A stretch of 64,000 bases of DNA from the NCBI GenBank assembly GCA_963422685.1, contig OY730442.1:1327085-1391084 (forward strand). The letters run 5' to 3'. The notes below the pieces were generated by a model. The model had not been told where the DNA came from. It did not search any database and saw only the letters and a program-made list of their open reading frames with translations. Made by a program: the position numbers and the translations under genes. The DNA is from Arenicellales bacterium (GTDB lineage: Bacteria > Pseudomonadota > Gammaproteobacteria > Arenicellales > Poriferihabitantaceae). Each line of letters starts with the position of its first letter. Position 1 is the stretch's first letter. Positions 31,439-41,037 of this stretch are shown here, piece by piece.

Positions 31439-31663
31439 CTATAAATTCAAACCTGCCGGTGGTGGGTTATTTGCAAAAACATCGAATACAGCAGCATGGT
31501 CGGGCGCGAGTTTGCGATAGCCAGATTGATTCCGGGATAACGTTATTGTTGCGAGCTGTTTCTGCGAGCCCGGGTCTGCCCGGTACACAATATCAGTGAT
31601 TTGCGCATTTGCCAGGAAGGCCGGAAACAACGCAATCATCCATACGGAAACTTCCCGAAGCAA
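31439..31663 (-). CDS. small hypothetical secreted protein
   Basis: 74-codon ORF with a signal-like MIALFPAFLANAQ, lying between the sulfotransferase and FrhB-like genes on the same strand. No similarity recognised. Confidence 0.3.
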   Translation of the reverse strand: MLREVSVWMIALFPAFLANAQITDIVYRADPGSQKQLATITLSRNQSGYRKLAPDHAAVFDVFANNPPPAGLNL

Positions 31664-31790
31664 CGAAACCGCTCAAGTTACACTGATCTGTATTCAGGTC
31701 TGATGCGGTCTTTCGGATCACAAACCTGGATGACGCAGAGAGCTTCTCTTGCATTGTATTTACTTGATGGAGAATACCAGACTGCATTTT

Positions 31791-32546
31791 TCAGGATTGA
31801 CTAATGATGCGCTTACCCAGACGATAGGCGTACATATGTTCGTAATGGGGAAGCACCATGTCATAAATTCTCTTCACTCGGTGCGGGGCATTGGATATAT
31901 CTATATATTTTCTTTGTTGTGGTTTTAATCCGTCTGAGTCGCGCAGATTGGCATGAAACGATCCGCCGTCCCACCAGCTTACTTCGTCCCGGGCACCAGG
32001 GCTCCAACTCAATGCGTCGGGTTTAAAAGGTATCCCAACCGCTTCACACCAAACCTGAACCATAGCCCGGGGATTCTCCAGCAGGTCGTCGCTGTCCAGA
32101 ACGGGTGGCGCCATACCATCACGATCACAGATCAGATCAAAAAGCGCGCGCTGTTCCCGAAATCCAACCTCGTCTGCATGAAAGTCGGGCCACTTACTGA
32201 ACATGGAAGTGATCGTTTTTGCCGGGTGCCGAATCAAAAATGAATGATTGAACAGGTCAAGGAATTCGTCATCCAGCATATGCGTAATGTAATGTGGAAA
32301 GTCCTTTGAAAAGACCAGTCCAGCCCTGGCTTCAGCTTGCAAAGTTTCCAGAACGCGCTCCAAAGTTAATCCGGGGGTGCGTGGACTATCTGGCGAAACC
32401 CTTGGCCATAATGGGTTTTCTCCCTGATACCACGCCTCTCCAAACGGTTCATGGAAACATTTCATATCACCACGCTGACGCATCATCCACTCAAACGCAG
32501 TAGAGGTTGATCTTGGAACTGCCCACAAGACCAGTGCCTTGTTCAT
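31791..32546 (-). CDS. sulfotransferase-fold protein
   Basis: 251 aa. N-terminal 5'-PSB-like loop LWAVPRSTSTAFEWMM. Confidence 0.6.
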   Translation of the reverse strand: MNKALVLWAVPRSTSTAFEWMMRQRGDMKCFHEPFGEAWYQGENPLWPRVSPDSPRTPGLTLERVLETLQAEARAGLVFSKDFPHYITHMLDDEFLDLFNHSFLIRHPAKTITSMFSKWPDFHADEVGFREQRALFDLICDRDGMAPPVLDSDDLLENPRAMVQVWCEAVGIPFKPDALSWSPGARDEVSWWDGGSFHANLRDSDGLKPQQRKYIDISNAPHRVKRIYDMVLPHYEHMYAYRLGKRIISQS

Positions 32547-32549
32547 TCT

Positions 32550-33389
32550 CTAATCTCCTTTAAGTGAAGATAACAATACACCTTGTTTTGTTGTGGGAGC
32601 CAGCCCCAGAGTCTTGAAAACCCGCCAATAGAGCGCGTTGTCGTGCGTCACCACAGGTTTTTCAAGCATTGATTCCAGACCGGTTTCCAATGAAACGAAG
32701 CGTTCTGCCAATCCATCTTCCGCGCGGCGAAAATTGCACATGCCGCAGGCCAGATACGCATCAACATTGGGAGCTTTGTCGGCGACGTATCGCATGGATT
32801 TCTCTGCAAGACCACCATCAAAACACCAAATTTGGGCATTACAAACTTCCTGGCTCTCAATCAAACCCTGATCGACAAAATTTCCGGCCCACACTACGTC
32901 GAAACCCGCTTCTTTTAGAAAGGCAACGGTACCCTGCCACCAGCCTGGCCAATGATAAACACCATTCAGGGCAACTTTTTCTACGTTTAATTCGCGCAAT
33001 GCCTCGACCATGGCGTACCCGGCCATGTGAAATGGTGTCTCATAGGTTTCACTTAATTGTTCACAGTGTTTTCTAATCCCTTCAACTCCCAGTCCGCACG
33101 CATGAACCCAGTTTGAACCTACTTGAGCGCATACGTCTGCGCCGTTGTTTGCCATGCACTCGACAAATTCCTCAAGCAGGTGAAAGTTTTGTTTGCGCTG
33201 GTCTAACTCATGTCGATAACCCGGAACATGCAGCATCCGCCCGTGCACACCCACAGTATTTGGTGCAATGCGCAGGAAATCCGACGGCGCCGCATCGAAA
33301 TCCTGAGGTGGACAAGTAAATCCAACCTGACAGGGGAAAAGTTTATTCCTCGAATCAGCCCAGTGAGCGGGCTTCCGGTAATTTGACAT
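32550..33389 (-). CDS. Asp/Glu racemase superfamily protein (arylmalonate decarboxylase / maleate isomerase-like), second paralogue in the window
   Basis: FHMAGYAMVEALRELNVEKVALNGVYHWP...AGFDVV...YLACGMCNF. Start set at ATG 33389 (MSNYRKPAHW). Confidence 0.55.
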   Translation of the reverse strand: MSNYRKPAHWADSRNKLFPCQVGFTCPPQDFDAAPSDFLRIAPNTVGVHGRMLHVPGYRHELDQRKQNFHLLEEFVECMANNGADVCAQVGSNWVHACGLGVEGIRKHCEQLSETYETPFHMAGYAMVEALRELNVEKVALNGVYHWPGWWQGTVAFLKEAGFDVVWAGNFVDQGLIESQEVCNAQIWCFDGGLAEKSMRYVADKAPNVDAYLACGMCNFRRAEDGLAERFVSLETGLESMLEKPVVTHDNALYWRVFKTLGLAPTTKQGVLLSSLKGD

Positions 33390-33804
33390 AAGAGATATAT
33401 ATTCCGAAAAATAGCAATATATAAACAAATAACCGCTATGTACACTGACGAATAGTCATGTATTGAATTAATTATGGATATGATAACCAGAATGAAGTTC
33501 CGGCTCTCGTCAATGACCCACCAGCCACCGGGACCGCCCCGGGCTGTTTGGAACGGGTCGACAATCTCATCTCCCAATGATGAACTTGCCAGCCCATGTG
33601 GCATAGCTGGTCTCGGCTGGATATGATCAGTATAGAAAAATGCGAAAGATGGGTGCGCATTTATTGGAGTGATGAAAAAAAATCAAATGCGGGACTACAC
33701 GGAATTGGGTGGGATCTATTGCGGATTATCAGACAAAAGGTTCACCATGGCAGGTGTGTTCAATTGCATCAATACGCACGCTGCTGCGTTTGGCCAGACA
33801 CGGC

Positions 33805-33998
33805 TTGCCGCCGAACCGTCATGACGTGATTCCCCTTGAGACCTTAGCCTGTCAGGCCGCGCCACGGAGCGCAAATTCATGTCCGCATTCCCGTCACATG
33901 CCTTGCGCGATGCTGTCGTCTTTGCGGCGGCCCTGGCCCTTAACCTTATGCCGGCATGCGGTTACAAGGACATTCCCGCAACCTCCCGGCCATTATCT
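33805..33998 (-). repeat. 194-bp direct repeat, copy 1: a solo 5'-terminal fragment of the IS remnant at 35040-36119
   Basis: 193/194 identical to 35926-36119. Identity starts at TTGCCGCCGAACCG and ends at CCATTATCT. Confidence 0.9.
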
Positions 33999-34086
33999 GG
34001 CCCACCTGTTTGCCGATGTCTATGGCCAAAAAGCCGCACAATTGGGGCGGGTATCGGTTTCGCCGTTGATCTAGGGAACACCCAGC

Positions 34087-35037
34087 ATGGACAAACTTCA
34101 CGTCGCGCTGCTGAGCGCCAATCGGCTCCCGGTGGAAAAATATGGCGGCACCCAGCGTCAACTGGTCGGGTTGGCGCGTGAATTGTTGCGGCTGGGACAT
34201 CGAGTGACGCTGGTTGCGCCTTCCGGTTCATTCATCCCCGGCGCGCGCATGATCTTCGCCGCAACCGCCCGGGAGGCATTTGCCCGCATCCCGCGCGATG
34301 TCGACATCGTCAACAGCCATTGCGGGGACCCGCCGGCCGGGTTTGACCGACCCTGCCTGATAACGCATCACGGCAATAGCGAAGCGCCGGTCGGCGGCAA
34401 CCGGAACTTCGTCAGCCGGGACCACGCCCGTCGCCACGGTCGGGAAACCTTTGTCCATAATGGCCTTGCGGTTGATGAAGCCCTGTTCGGCGAGCGCAAA
34501 TCGGAGCGCTATCTGTTTTTGTCGCGTATCAACCGGTCCGGGAAAAACGTCACCCGCGCACTGCGGCTGGCGATTGAACACGACCTGCAACTCGATCTCG
34601 CGGGCGGCGGAAGATGGGTATTGCTTACCCGCAGCGCGGTGCGCCGGGAGCGCGCCTTCCTTACAAGCCTCGACCGGCGCTTCGCCTTTCACGGCGAGGT
34701 CGGCGGCTGGACCAAGGCAAGACTCCTGGCCGAAGCGCGCGCACTACTGTTTCCCATCCGCTGGAACGAACCCTTCGGACTGGTTGTGATTGAGGCGCTG
34801 CTGGCGGGGACACCGGTGATCGCATCACCACGCGGACCGATGCCGGAACTGATCAACCCGGATATCGGCTTTCTGTGCGAAACGGATGCGGAATTCGCAG
34901 ATGCCTTCGCAACTGTCGGCGCCATCCCGGCACGGTACTGCCGCGACTACGCCGCCGAACATTTCTCCATTGAAAAGACCACCGCAAAATATCTCGGACT
35001 CTACCAGCGCATTCTCGAAGGCGAAGCCCTGCCCTAG
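34087..35037 (+). CDS. glycosyltransferase (GT-B fold, GT4-like)
   Basis: 316 aa with KYGGTQRQLVGLARELLRLGHRVTLVAP and EPFGLVVIEALLAGTPVIASPRG. Visibly more GC-rich than its neighbours. Confidence 0.8.
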   Translation: MDKLHVALLSANRLPVEKYGGTQRQLVGLARELLRLGHRVTLVAPSGSFIPGARMIFAATAREAFARIPRDVDIVNSHCGDPPAGFDRPCLITHHGNSEAPVGGNRNFVSRDHARRHGRETFVHNGLAVDEALFGERKSERYLFLSRINRSGKNVTRALRLAIEHDLQLDLAGGGRWVLLTRSAVRRERAFLTSLDRRFAFHGEVGGWTKARLLAEARALLFPIRWNEPFGLVVIEALLAGTPVIASPRGPMPELINPDIGFLCETDAEFADAFATVGAIPARYCRDYAAEHFSIEKTTAKYLGLYQRILEGEALP

Positions 35038-35039
35038 CA

Positions 35040-36119
35040 GGTTATTGAAAATCGCTTTGATTTTCGGGGCATTTGCCGATTTATCTTAAGAATCAGCGTG
35101 ATTTTCTTCAAACTTTCTTGTACAAACCGCTTCAGTACCCTTTTCATGGGATTTTCCGCCCGTCAGGCGGGCTGCTCCTGTCAATTCTTTATCCGTATCA
35201 AATTCCAACCCATCATCGTCATCCTATACAGTACATTGACCTTGCCGATTCCCCGAACTTTTACCTGCCGTATCAGTCCTGTCGTCTTTCCACAACCTAA
35301 AGGTTCTTCCACTCAATATGCGACTGATCTGACTCGCCTGGTTCTTGGGTCAATTGCGAAACCTCCGGATTGATTATCGTTGCGGACAACATGCCGGAGC
35401 ATCTTCAGCGCTCAACACGCAGCAACAAAATCGTGGGTGTCGTAATTCTTGTCGACGCCTGGTTCGCGTTTCTTGTTACCCGGCAACCTCCCGTTCTGCC
35501 CGACCAGTCCACTATCTACGCCATTCCTGTTTTCCAGGACGGTATGACCCATGTTTTTACCCTTGGGGGCCAGGAGTGCGCCTCCATCCGTTTCCGATTC
35601 ATGGGTCTGGTGACTGCGCTTTTCACGGATAAGTTCCTTTCAGCGTTGCGTCCCAAGACACCAACTGGCTTCAGCCTTTGGGCGATCACTTTTTTGGAAT
35701 GCTCTGCGCTGGTATCAAGCTACCATCAACACTGCAATGCGCGTCAGATAACCAGTCTCTCCTGGGAGCAAGCTCCACTACTTCTTCAAACAATTCCGGG
35801 TTAATGTCATGATCCAATAGCCGATCACGATTGCGACTGAAGGTCAAATGGCTCTAAGCCTCCGCATCCATCCCAAGCCCAACCAACCAGCGATAAAGCA
35901 GGTTGTATTGAATTTGTTCAACCAATTGCCGCCGAACCGTCATGACGTGATTCCCCTTGAGACCTTAGCCTGTCAGGCCGCGCCACGGAGCGCAAATTCA
36001 TGTCCGCATTCCCGTCACATGCCTTGCGCGATGCTGTCGTCTTTGCGGCGGCCCCGGCCCTTAACCTTATGCCGGCATGCGGTTACAAGGACATTCCCGC
36101 AACCTCCCGGCCATTATCT
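35040..36119 (-). mobile_element. decayed IS5/IS1182-superfamily element (DDE transposase remnant)
   Basis: Minus-strand pieces: MTVRRQLVEQIQYNLLYRWLVGLGMDAEA*SHLTFSRNRDRLLDHDI...SDAHCSVDGSLIPAQS... and, near the other end, VEEPLGCGKTTGLIRQVKVRGIGKVNVLYRMTMMGWNLIRIKNL. There are many stops and frame changes. The outer terminus is defined by the end of the repeat at 36119. Confidence 0.7.
35926..36119 (-). repeat. 194-bp direct repeat, copy 2 (5' end of the IS remnant)
   Basis: See copy 1. Confidence 0.9.
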
Positions 36120-36397
36120 TGTTTTCACAGGTTTGTGTTTCTGATTTAAGCGGTTAGCGCGGAATGCGCAAACTCGGGAAGATTTGGGGTTTCTGTGGTC
36201 TTGTTTTGACGTGCATTGCGATACGCTTTTGGATTATGGCGTTCCAGTTCCCGGAATTTGTCTGTGTAATTGTGGCAATTTTTACTGTTCCCGCAATCTG
36301 GCAGTGCCCATAAATTTTATTTAACCGCGATTTTGCAGCAAATTTAAATTTGTGAAAGAGAATATATCTCTTAACGCATTGTTTTTACATCATAAAA

Positions 36398-36474
36398 TGG
36401 TGGGCCCGGTAGGACTTGAACCTACGACCAATGGATTATGAGTCCACTGCTCTAACCAACTGAGCTACAGGCCC
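36398..36474 (-). tRNA. tRNA with CAU anticodon, probably tRNA-Ile2 (lysidine type); elongator Met not excluded
   Basis: GGGCCTG-TA-GCTC-AGTTGGTTA-GAGC-A-GTGGA-CTCATAA-TCCAT-TGGTC-GTAGG-TTCAAGT-CCTAC-CGGGCCC-A-CCA folds as a 77-nt cloverleaf. The variable and T regions resemble E. coli ileX, and it lies directly downstream of an rpoD 3' end as ileX-type genes do in E. coli and Pseudomonas. Confidence 0.9.
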
Positions 36475-36556
36475 GGTGAGGTTTTGGTGCTGTGTTTGCC
36501 GGTCGGCTTGAGTCGCGGCGATTTTATACTGGAATGTTCGAGATGACAGCTTTAAC

Positions 36557-36783
36557 TCAATTCCCGTCAAGGAAGCTCCGCAAATGATCCGACCTGCTTG
36601 GATGTCGCAATTTTCTCAATGCTTTCGCCTCTATTTGTCGAATACGTTCCCGGGTTACATCAAACTGTTTGCCAACTTCCTCCAGGGTGTGATCGGTATT
36701 CATGCCGATGCCAAACCGCATTTGCAATACTTTCGCTTCGCGTTCGGTAAGTGATTCGAGAATTTCATTCTCCGCAATCTGTC
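36557..36783 (-). pseudogene. rpoD: orphan 3' fragment of rpoD (sigma-70 region 4, last ~75 codons only)
   Basis: [71 protein letters not shown]. The frame is closed by a stop 3 codons upstream of the homology, and no rpoD 5' part follows. Confidence 0.85.
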
Positions 36784-36832
36784 GGCATCATTGCGGTGAT
36801 TTTTCCTTAAACCCGTTTTGAAACAGGAGTTG

Positions 36833-37726
36833 TCATTCACACACCCCCCACTCATGGCAAGCCGTGCCGAATTCGGCTTCTGATTCATCCTGTGGCGTAA
36901 GAGTGTACTGCCGTCCGCCGCGGCTGGTTTTCGCCCACTTCACCACTTCATGGATGCCGTGAGTGGTGTGGTGGATGCCTCCTACTAGACTACTGGCGGT
37001 ATCGGCCCATCCAGCCACTGGGAAGAACGTACTGGTGTTGTACTTGCTGGCTTCGGTTACTTTCTCTTCCCATGCGGCTATCCGTTCAATCTGTTCCGGG
37101 TATTTTTCGGCGATTCTGCGCACTTCGGCCTTTCTGGACATGATGCAGGGGAAGCACCCGACTCGCTTGAATCCCTGGGCATACAGCGGGTTAGGTTTGA
37201 TGTTGTGGCGCTTGTGCATGGCCCAGACATCAGAAAGCGACCAGTCAATCAGCGGGCGGTAGACCACCAGCTTGCCGCCCGGATCCTGCATTCGCTGAAA
37301 CATCGGTAGGAGTGAGCGGGCGCGGGACTCTTCGCGGCGTACACCCTGCCATGATATTACACCCCGCCCGGTGTCCCAGACCGGCTTGAACATATTCTTG
37401 CGGATAGGCTTAATCTTCAATTCTTCTGTACAGAAGCGCACCTTGGTAGACGGGAAGCGACTTTTAAGCAGGGTCAGGTCTTGAAACGGATTGCCGGTGG
37501 GTTGTTTGGCCGCGAGGGCTTGTTTGATTTTACCGCTCCAAATGCCTTCGGCGGCCCAGCGTTCGTTCAGTTTTATCCGGTGTTTCCTGAACTTATGCGA
37601 GAAATCCGCCCGCACCCAGACAATGGGTGGGCCACCGGCGACTTTGGGCAGGTTCTTTATATAGTCGTAGGTGGCAGTGGTTCGGGTGTTTAGTACGATG
37701 GACATCGCATTTCGGGAAGGTGGCAA
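36833..37726 (-). pseudogene. phage-type PAPS reductase / adenine nucleotide alpha-hydrolase family gene with a degenerate, out-of-frame N-terminus
   Basis: WQGVRREESRARS, VGCFPCIM, and C-terminal CHEWGVCE. The expected PP-loop (SGGKDS) appears only as VAPAGKDAS in another frame at about 37780-37810. Confidence 0.55.
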
Positions 37727-37956
37727 GGATGCGCGGGTTTTGGCACAGGTGACTGGTCGATCAGTGAAGTATTCCGCTGGCTCGCGTCCTTGCCAGCCGG
37801 GGCCACGGCCGCCCCGGGCAAATCGCCCACCGCTTCACCTGGCGGCAAATTGAGCGGCTGTTCCACTGCGCCCGGGAAGAGTGTGCCGAAGCCAGTCGGC
37901 GGTTAGCGGCTGCGGCCGTCGGGTTGGTTGTCGGTGAGCAGTGAATCCAGAAGCTG

Positions 37957-38412
37957 GTGAATCTCTCTGGGAACGAGAAAGACGATCAGATCCACTACCG
38001 CCCTGTATATCAGATACAGAACAAAGAGCGTTCCCCAAGGCTGAATAAATTCCCACATTCCTCAAGTATAGCATGGCTCGTAACCTTGGAACTGAAGCTG
38101 ATACTCGAAGCCGATCAAAGGGGTTTTACCGGCGCGGTACGGGTGGCTACTGTCGGGTTCGGCATCAAACTGGGTCTGTCGGAGGATGAGGATGTGATCT
38201 GGGTATTGCCGCAGAATATGCCTGTAATCAACGCCTTTATCGCCGTCTCCACCCAGTGGCGCCACGGCCCTTCCGGTCAGGTCACCGGCCTGGACTATGC
38301 CGGGGTGCGGGCGGCGCTCAAGGCGCTGCGGATTAAAACCGGGAAGGTGTTCCGGGGCTTGCAGGTGACGGAGGCGGAAGAGCTGGAAGGATTAGCGGTC
38401 AATAAGCAGTGA
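37957..38412 (+). CDS. ORF containing a phage tail assembly chaperone-like (DUF1799-like) C-terminal region
   Basis: EDEDVIWVLPQNMPVINAFIAVSTQWRHGPSGQVTGLDYAGVRAALKALRI...LQVTEAEEL resembles the family pattern (F.VWPEN...F....TQWR....G...GLDY..V). The true start is uncertain. Confidence 0.45.
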   Translation: MNLSGNEKDDQIHYRPVYQIQNKERSPRLNKFPHSSSIAWLVTLELKLILEADQRGFTGAVRVATVGFGIKLGLSEDEDVIWVLPQNMPVINAFIAVSTQWRHGPSGQVTGLDYAGVRAALKALRIKTGKVFRGLQVTEAEELEGLAVNKQ

Positions 38413-38544
38413 GAACAGACCAATAACCGCAATGCCTATTCCAACCCAGCTAAAAATATAGATAGCCACGAATGTCTCTGTGTATTTACCAGTAAACATG
38501 CCATAGGCAATGACGACCAGCAAAATTTTCAGGAAATAATTCAT
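38392..38544 (-). CDS. 50-aa AT-rich hydrophobic peptide (two predicted TM segments)
   Basis: MNYFLKILLVVIAYGMFTGKYTETFVAIYIFSWVGIGIAVIGLFSLLIDR. Local AT-rich patch. The 3' end overlaps the convergent ORF by 21 nt. Confidence 0.35.
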   Translation of the reverse strand: MNYFLKILLVVIAYGMFTGKYTETFVAIYIFSWVGIGIAVIGLFSLLIDR

Positions 38545-39312
38545 AACCCCTAATATAGCATGGCCAAAAACATACGGTTCGGTATACGGCTCACCGCCGA
38601 TGGCAAGGGGTTTGTGGGTGAGGTGCGCCTGGCGAAGCAAGGGCTGGATAAACTCACTGGCAGCACCCGCAAGGGTTGCCTCTGCTACCTTCCCCCTGAG
38701 TCAAATGCAGATGTCTGATAACCAGCGCCGCCGATAGCTCATCGAACAATACGGCAAACTCGCCGCTGTCACCCTGGTGGCCCTGTACGCTTGCATGTCA
38801 CCCAGTCGCGCCGCAACACGGGCAAGTGGTCGGCGCTAGGGGTGCGATTGATGAGGACCCACACTGGAGGGTACGAAATTGCTACAGATGAATTAGTAGT
38901 ACTGCGCTTCACGGTGAATCAGCCTGCCAATGCGCTCCTGCCGCCAGCGGCTGGCGGCACTCCTCATCAGTCACCCCGCAGGGTCGTGCCTTTGATGAAG
39001 ACACCCGCCGGACGGACCACAGCACACCGACCAGTTTGTCGTTGTGGGGGATATTTCATGCACCGGGTCGGCGGAGTAGATTATCCTGTTGCGTTTGGAC
39101 CGCTGCGGCTGGCGAAAATTCGGGATCCGAATGAATGCCTGATCCAGCGTCCCCGGAAACAGTTTTGTCGCGGCCCCCGATAGGTTTCATGCGCCAGAGA
39201 CGGGCTGGAGTCAATGGAGAGAATTTCATCGCGCACTTCAACGGTATTGGCGCGATGCCCGAACACCTTGCGGTTTCCCTGGTCGCCGTTTGATCAAGGG
39301 GGAGCGCCAGGG

Positions 39313-39846
39313 CTACTCCTGGAAGAATGCTGTGCGGTTAATCCGCAGGTCGGCGGAAAATCCGGGAAAGGGTTCATCACTCAGGACGTATTGATTTGTA
39401 GCCATGGCTACGGTATTGCCCTCGTCTACGATGTAATTGCAAAGAGAGCTGAAATCCACCACATCTCCCAGGTCTGGCTGTACTTTCGGGCCATTATAAA
39501 TATCCGAATTATCCTGTTCATTGGCCTCAATGATTGCAACCTGGCTTCCAACCGCCAGATCCTGGTATTTTTCCCGAGCATTTCCGTTGCAAATCTCTGC
39601 ATTCACCTTGTTTATTTCATATGCGTAAAGCGGCCATTCGCGCTTGACCACCACAGGTGCGACCAGCAATCTGACCGAGCTCCACAACTTCCGCTTGAAT
39701 CCGACCGTTACTTTTTTACCAGAGACATGCTCAACGTCCTGCGCTGATTCGGAGCCGTCTGTCTCATCATGTCCTCCAGCCGAAACAGATTCGGTCGCAC
39801 TGGTCAGTGCGAATAAAATCGCAACGAAAACAGACAGAAATTTCAT
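39313..39846 (-). CDS. hypothetical secreted protein
   Basis: MKFLSVFVAILFALTSATESVSA signal peptide. No family recognised. Confidence 0.5.
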   Translation of the reverse strand: MKFLSVFVAILFALTSATESVSAGGHDETDGSESAQDVEHVSGKKVTVGFKRKLWSSVRLLVAPVVVKREWPLYAYEINKVNAEICNGNAREKYQDLAVGSQVAIIEANEQDNSDIYNGPKVQPDLGDVVDFSSLCNYIVDEGNTVAMATNQYVLSDEPFPGFSADLRINRTAFFQE

Positions 39847-39866
39847 GCCGTGATCACTGGCCATGT

Positions 39867-40106
39867 TTACTTTTTCTGGGAATCTCCAAGATTTTTATCT
39901 GAGGAAAGCTCAACGGAAAGCTCAACTTTTCCAGCCTCGTTCTGTTGACTTCTGGGAGACTCCGCCGGCCACTGGCTGATGGGCGTCCACACCAGATAAG
40001 GCAACAGGAAACCGGCAAGGTACAGCCGGATCAGCCCAAAGCGCATGTTTTCCCGGCTGTTCAGAAAGGCGAACCAGGCTGCGATACCAAGAACGATTAG
40101 AGGCAT
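39867..40106 (-). CDS. hypothetical small membrane protein
   Basis: 79 aa with two hydrophobic segments (PLIVLGIAAWFAFL, LYLAGFLLPYLVW). Tightly packed between its neighbours. Confidence 0.45.
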   Translation of the reverse strand: MPLIVLGIAAWFAFLNSRENMRFGLIRLYLAGFLLPYLVWTPISQWPAESPRSQQNEAGKVELSVELSSDKNLGDSQKK

Positions 40107-40109
40107 GCC

Positions 40110-40724
40110 TCACGGGAGAGTGTCCTCACCGGAACATGTCTTTCTCAGCGTGTCACTCACGGCGTAAAACCACCACGCCAAAGCAAAAGCAGCACTTCCC
40201 ATCAAAGCCGTGAAAAATCTCGCCCACCCTCTCCAGTTGCGCCTGGAGCGGCCAAACCACTGTTCCATCACTTTTTCAGCGATGCTGGCCACGGTACGCG
40301 AAAACAGCCTGCGATCGATGGAATTGGCGACCGGGGTTTGAGAGAAGATATCCGGCGCACGCCCATCTGGACTGGCGTGGACCAATGCGGCGACCATCAG
40401 CGCGAATTGTTCGGGATTATTCGGCAGCTTGTGGCCGGAAGGGATTTCGCCGTGGGTAACAACGGCGTCAATCCGATGGGTGCGCGTGTTGCGTTTGTGA
40501 TCGTATTCGTGCCGGTAGCGTTTTTTCGGGTTGCGGCTGCTGAAAATCCCGAAACAGGTCGCTCCGACGTTCGGTATTGCCCGCAGCCTGAGTTCGGAAT
40601 TCGGCAACTGATGCCAGTCGCCAGAGGTTGCCCATGCGTTTTCAAGAAAGGCAGTCAGAGCCGCGCTTTCAACCGCATCAAGGTCGCCGGAAGCCGGGTA
40701 AGGGTTTGATCTCGCTGGCGTCAA
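40110..40724 (-). CDS. hypothetical protein with a C-terminal TM anchor
   Basis: 204 codons from a TTG start, with C-terminal FFTALMGSAAFALAWWFYAV. A better ATG with a GAGAAA-like RBS lies at 40767 but in another frame (MNTNNQSDQPEVGFIDAS...). Either the gene is frameshifted or the start is unusual. Confidence 0.4.
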   Translation of the reverse strand: MTPARSNPYPASGDLDAVESAALTAFLENAWATSGDWHQLPNSELRLRAIPNVGATCFGIFSSRNPKKRYRHEYDHKRNTRTHRIDAVVTHGEIPSGHKLPNNPEQFALMVAALVHASPDGRAPDIFSQTPVANSIDRRLFSRTVASIAEKVMEQWFGRSRRNWRGWARFFTALMGSAAFALAWWFYAVSDTLRKTCSGEDTLP

Positions 40725-40900
40725 TAAACCCGACTTCAGGCTGGTCGGATTGGTTGTTAGTGTTCATGTTTTCTCGTGTCGTTGTTTGTGCAAAATCCTG
40801 AAAGTGTGCGGCGCGATTAACGCAAAAACCGGATCAATTTCCCGGTTCCGGTATAAAACGCAATCGGCGGCGAGCGCCAATCCCTTTTGCGGGTTCAGTA

Positions 40901-40931
40901 CCTGCGAGACAAATCAGGCTGTCTGCATGAA
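40901..40931. repeat. 31-nt motif, copy 2 (CCTGCGAGACAAATCAGGCTGTCTGCATGAA)
   Basis: 26/31 identical to 11524-11554. Confidence 0.5.
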
Positions 40932-41037
40932 TTGCTGATAATAACGCGTGGGCGTTTATTGCTGTATACAGCCGGTCTTTGCCATTCTGATATCCGCATT
41001 TCGCAACGGCAATTACCGGCCGATGAACACCATATCA

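Noticed and set aside
36120-36397. Integrase gene or remnant adjacent to the tRNA 3' end
   Set aside because: Reading all six frames shows no tyrosine-recombinase N-terminal or catalytic motifs. The stretch is short, stop-rich and AT-rich.
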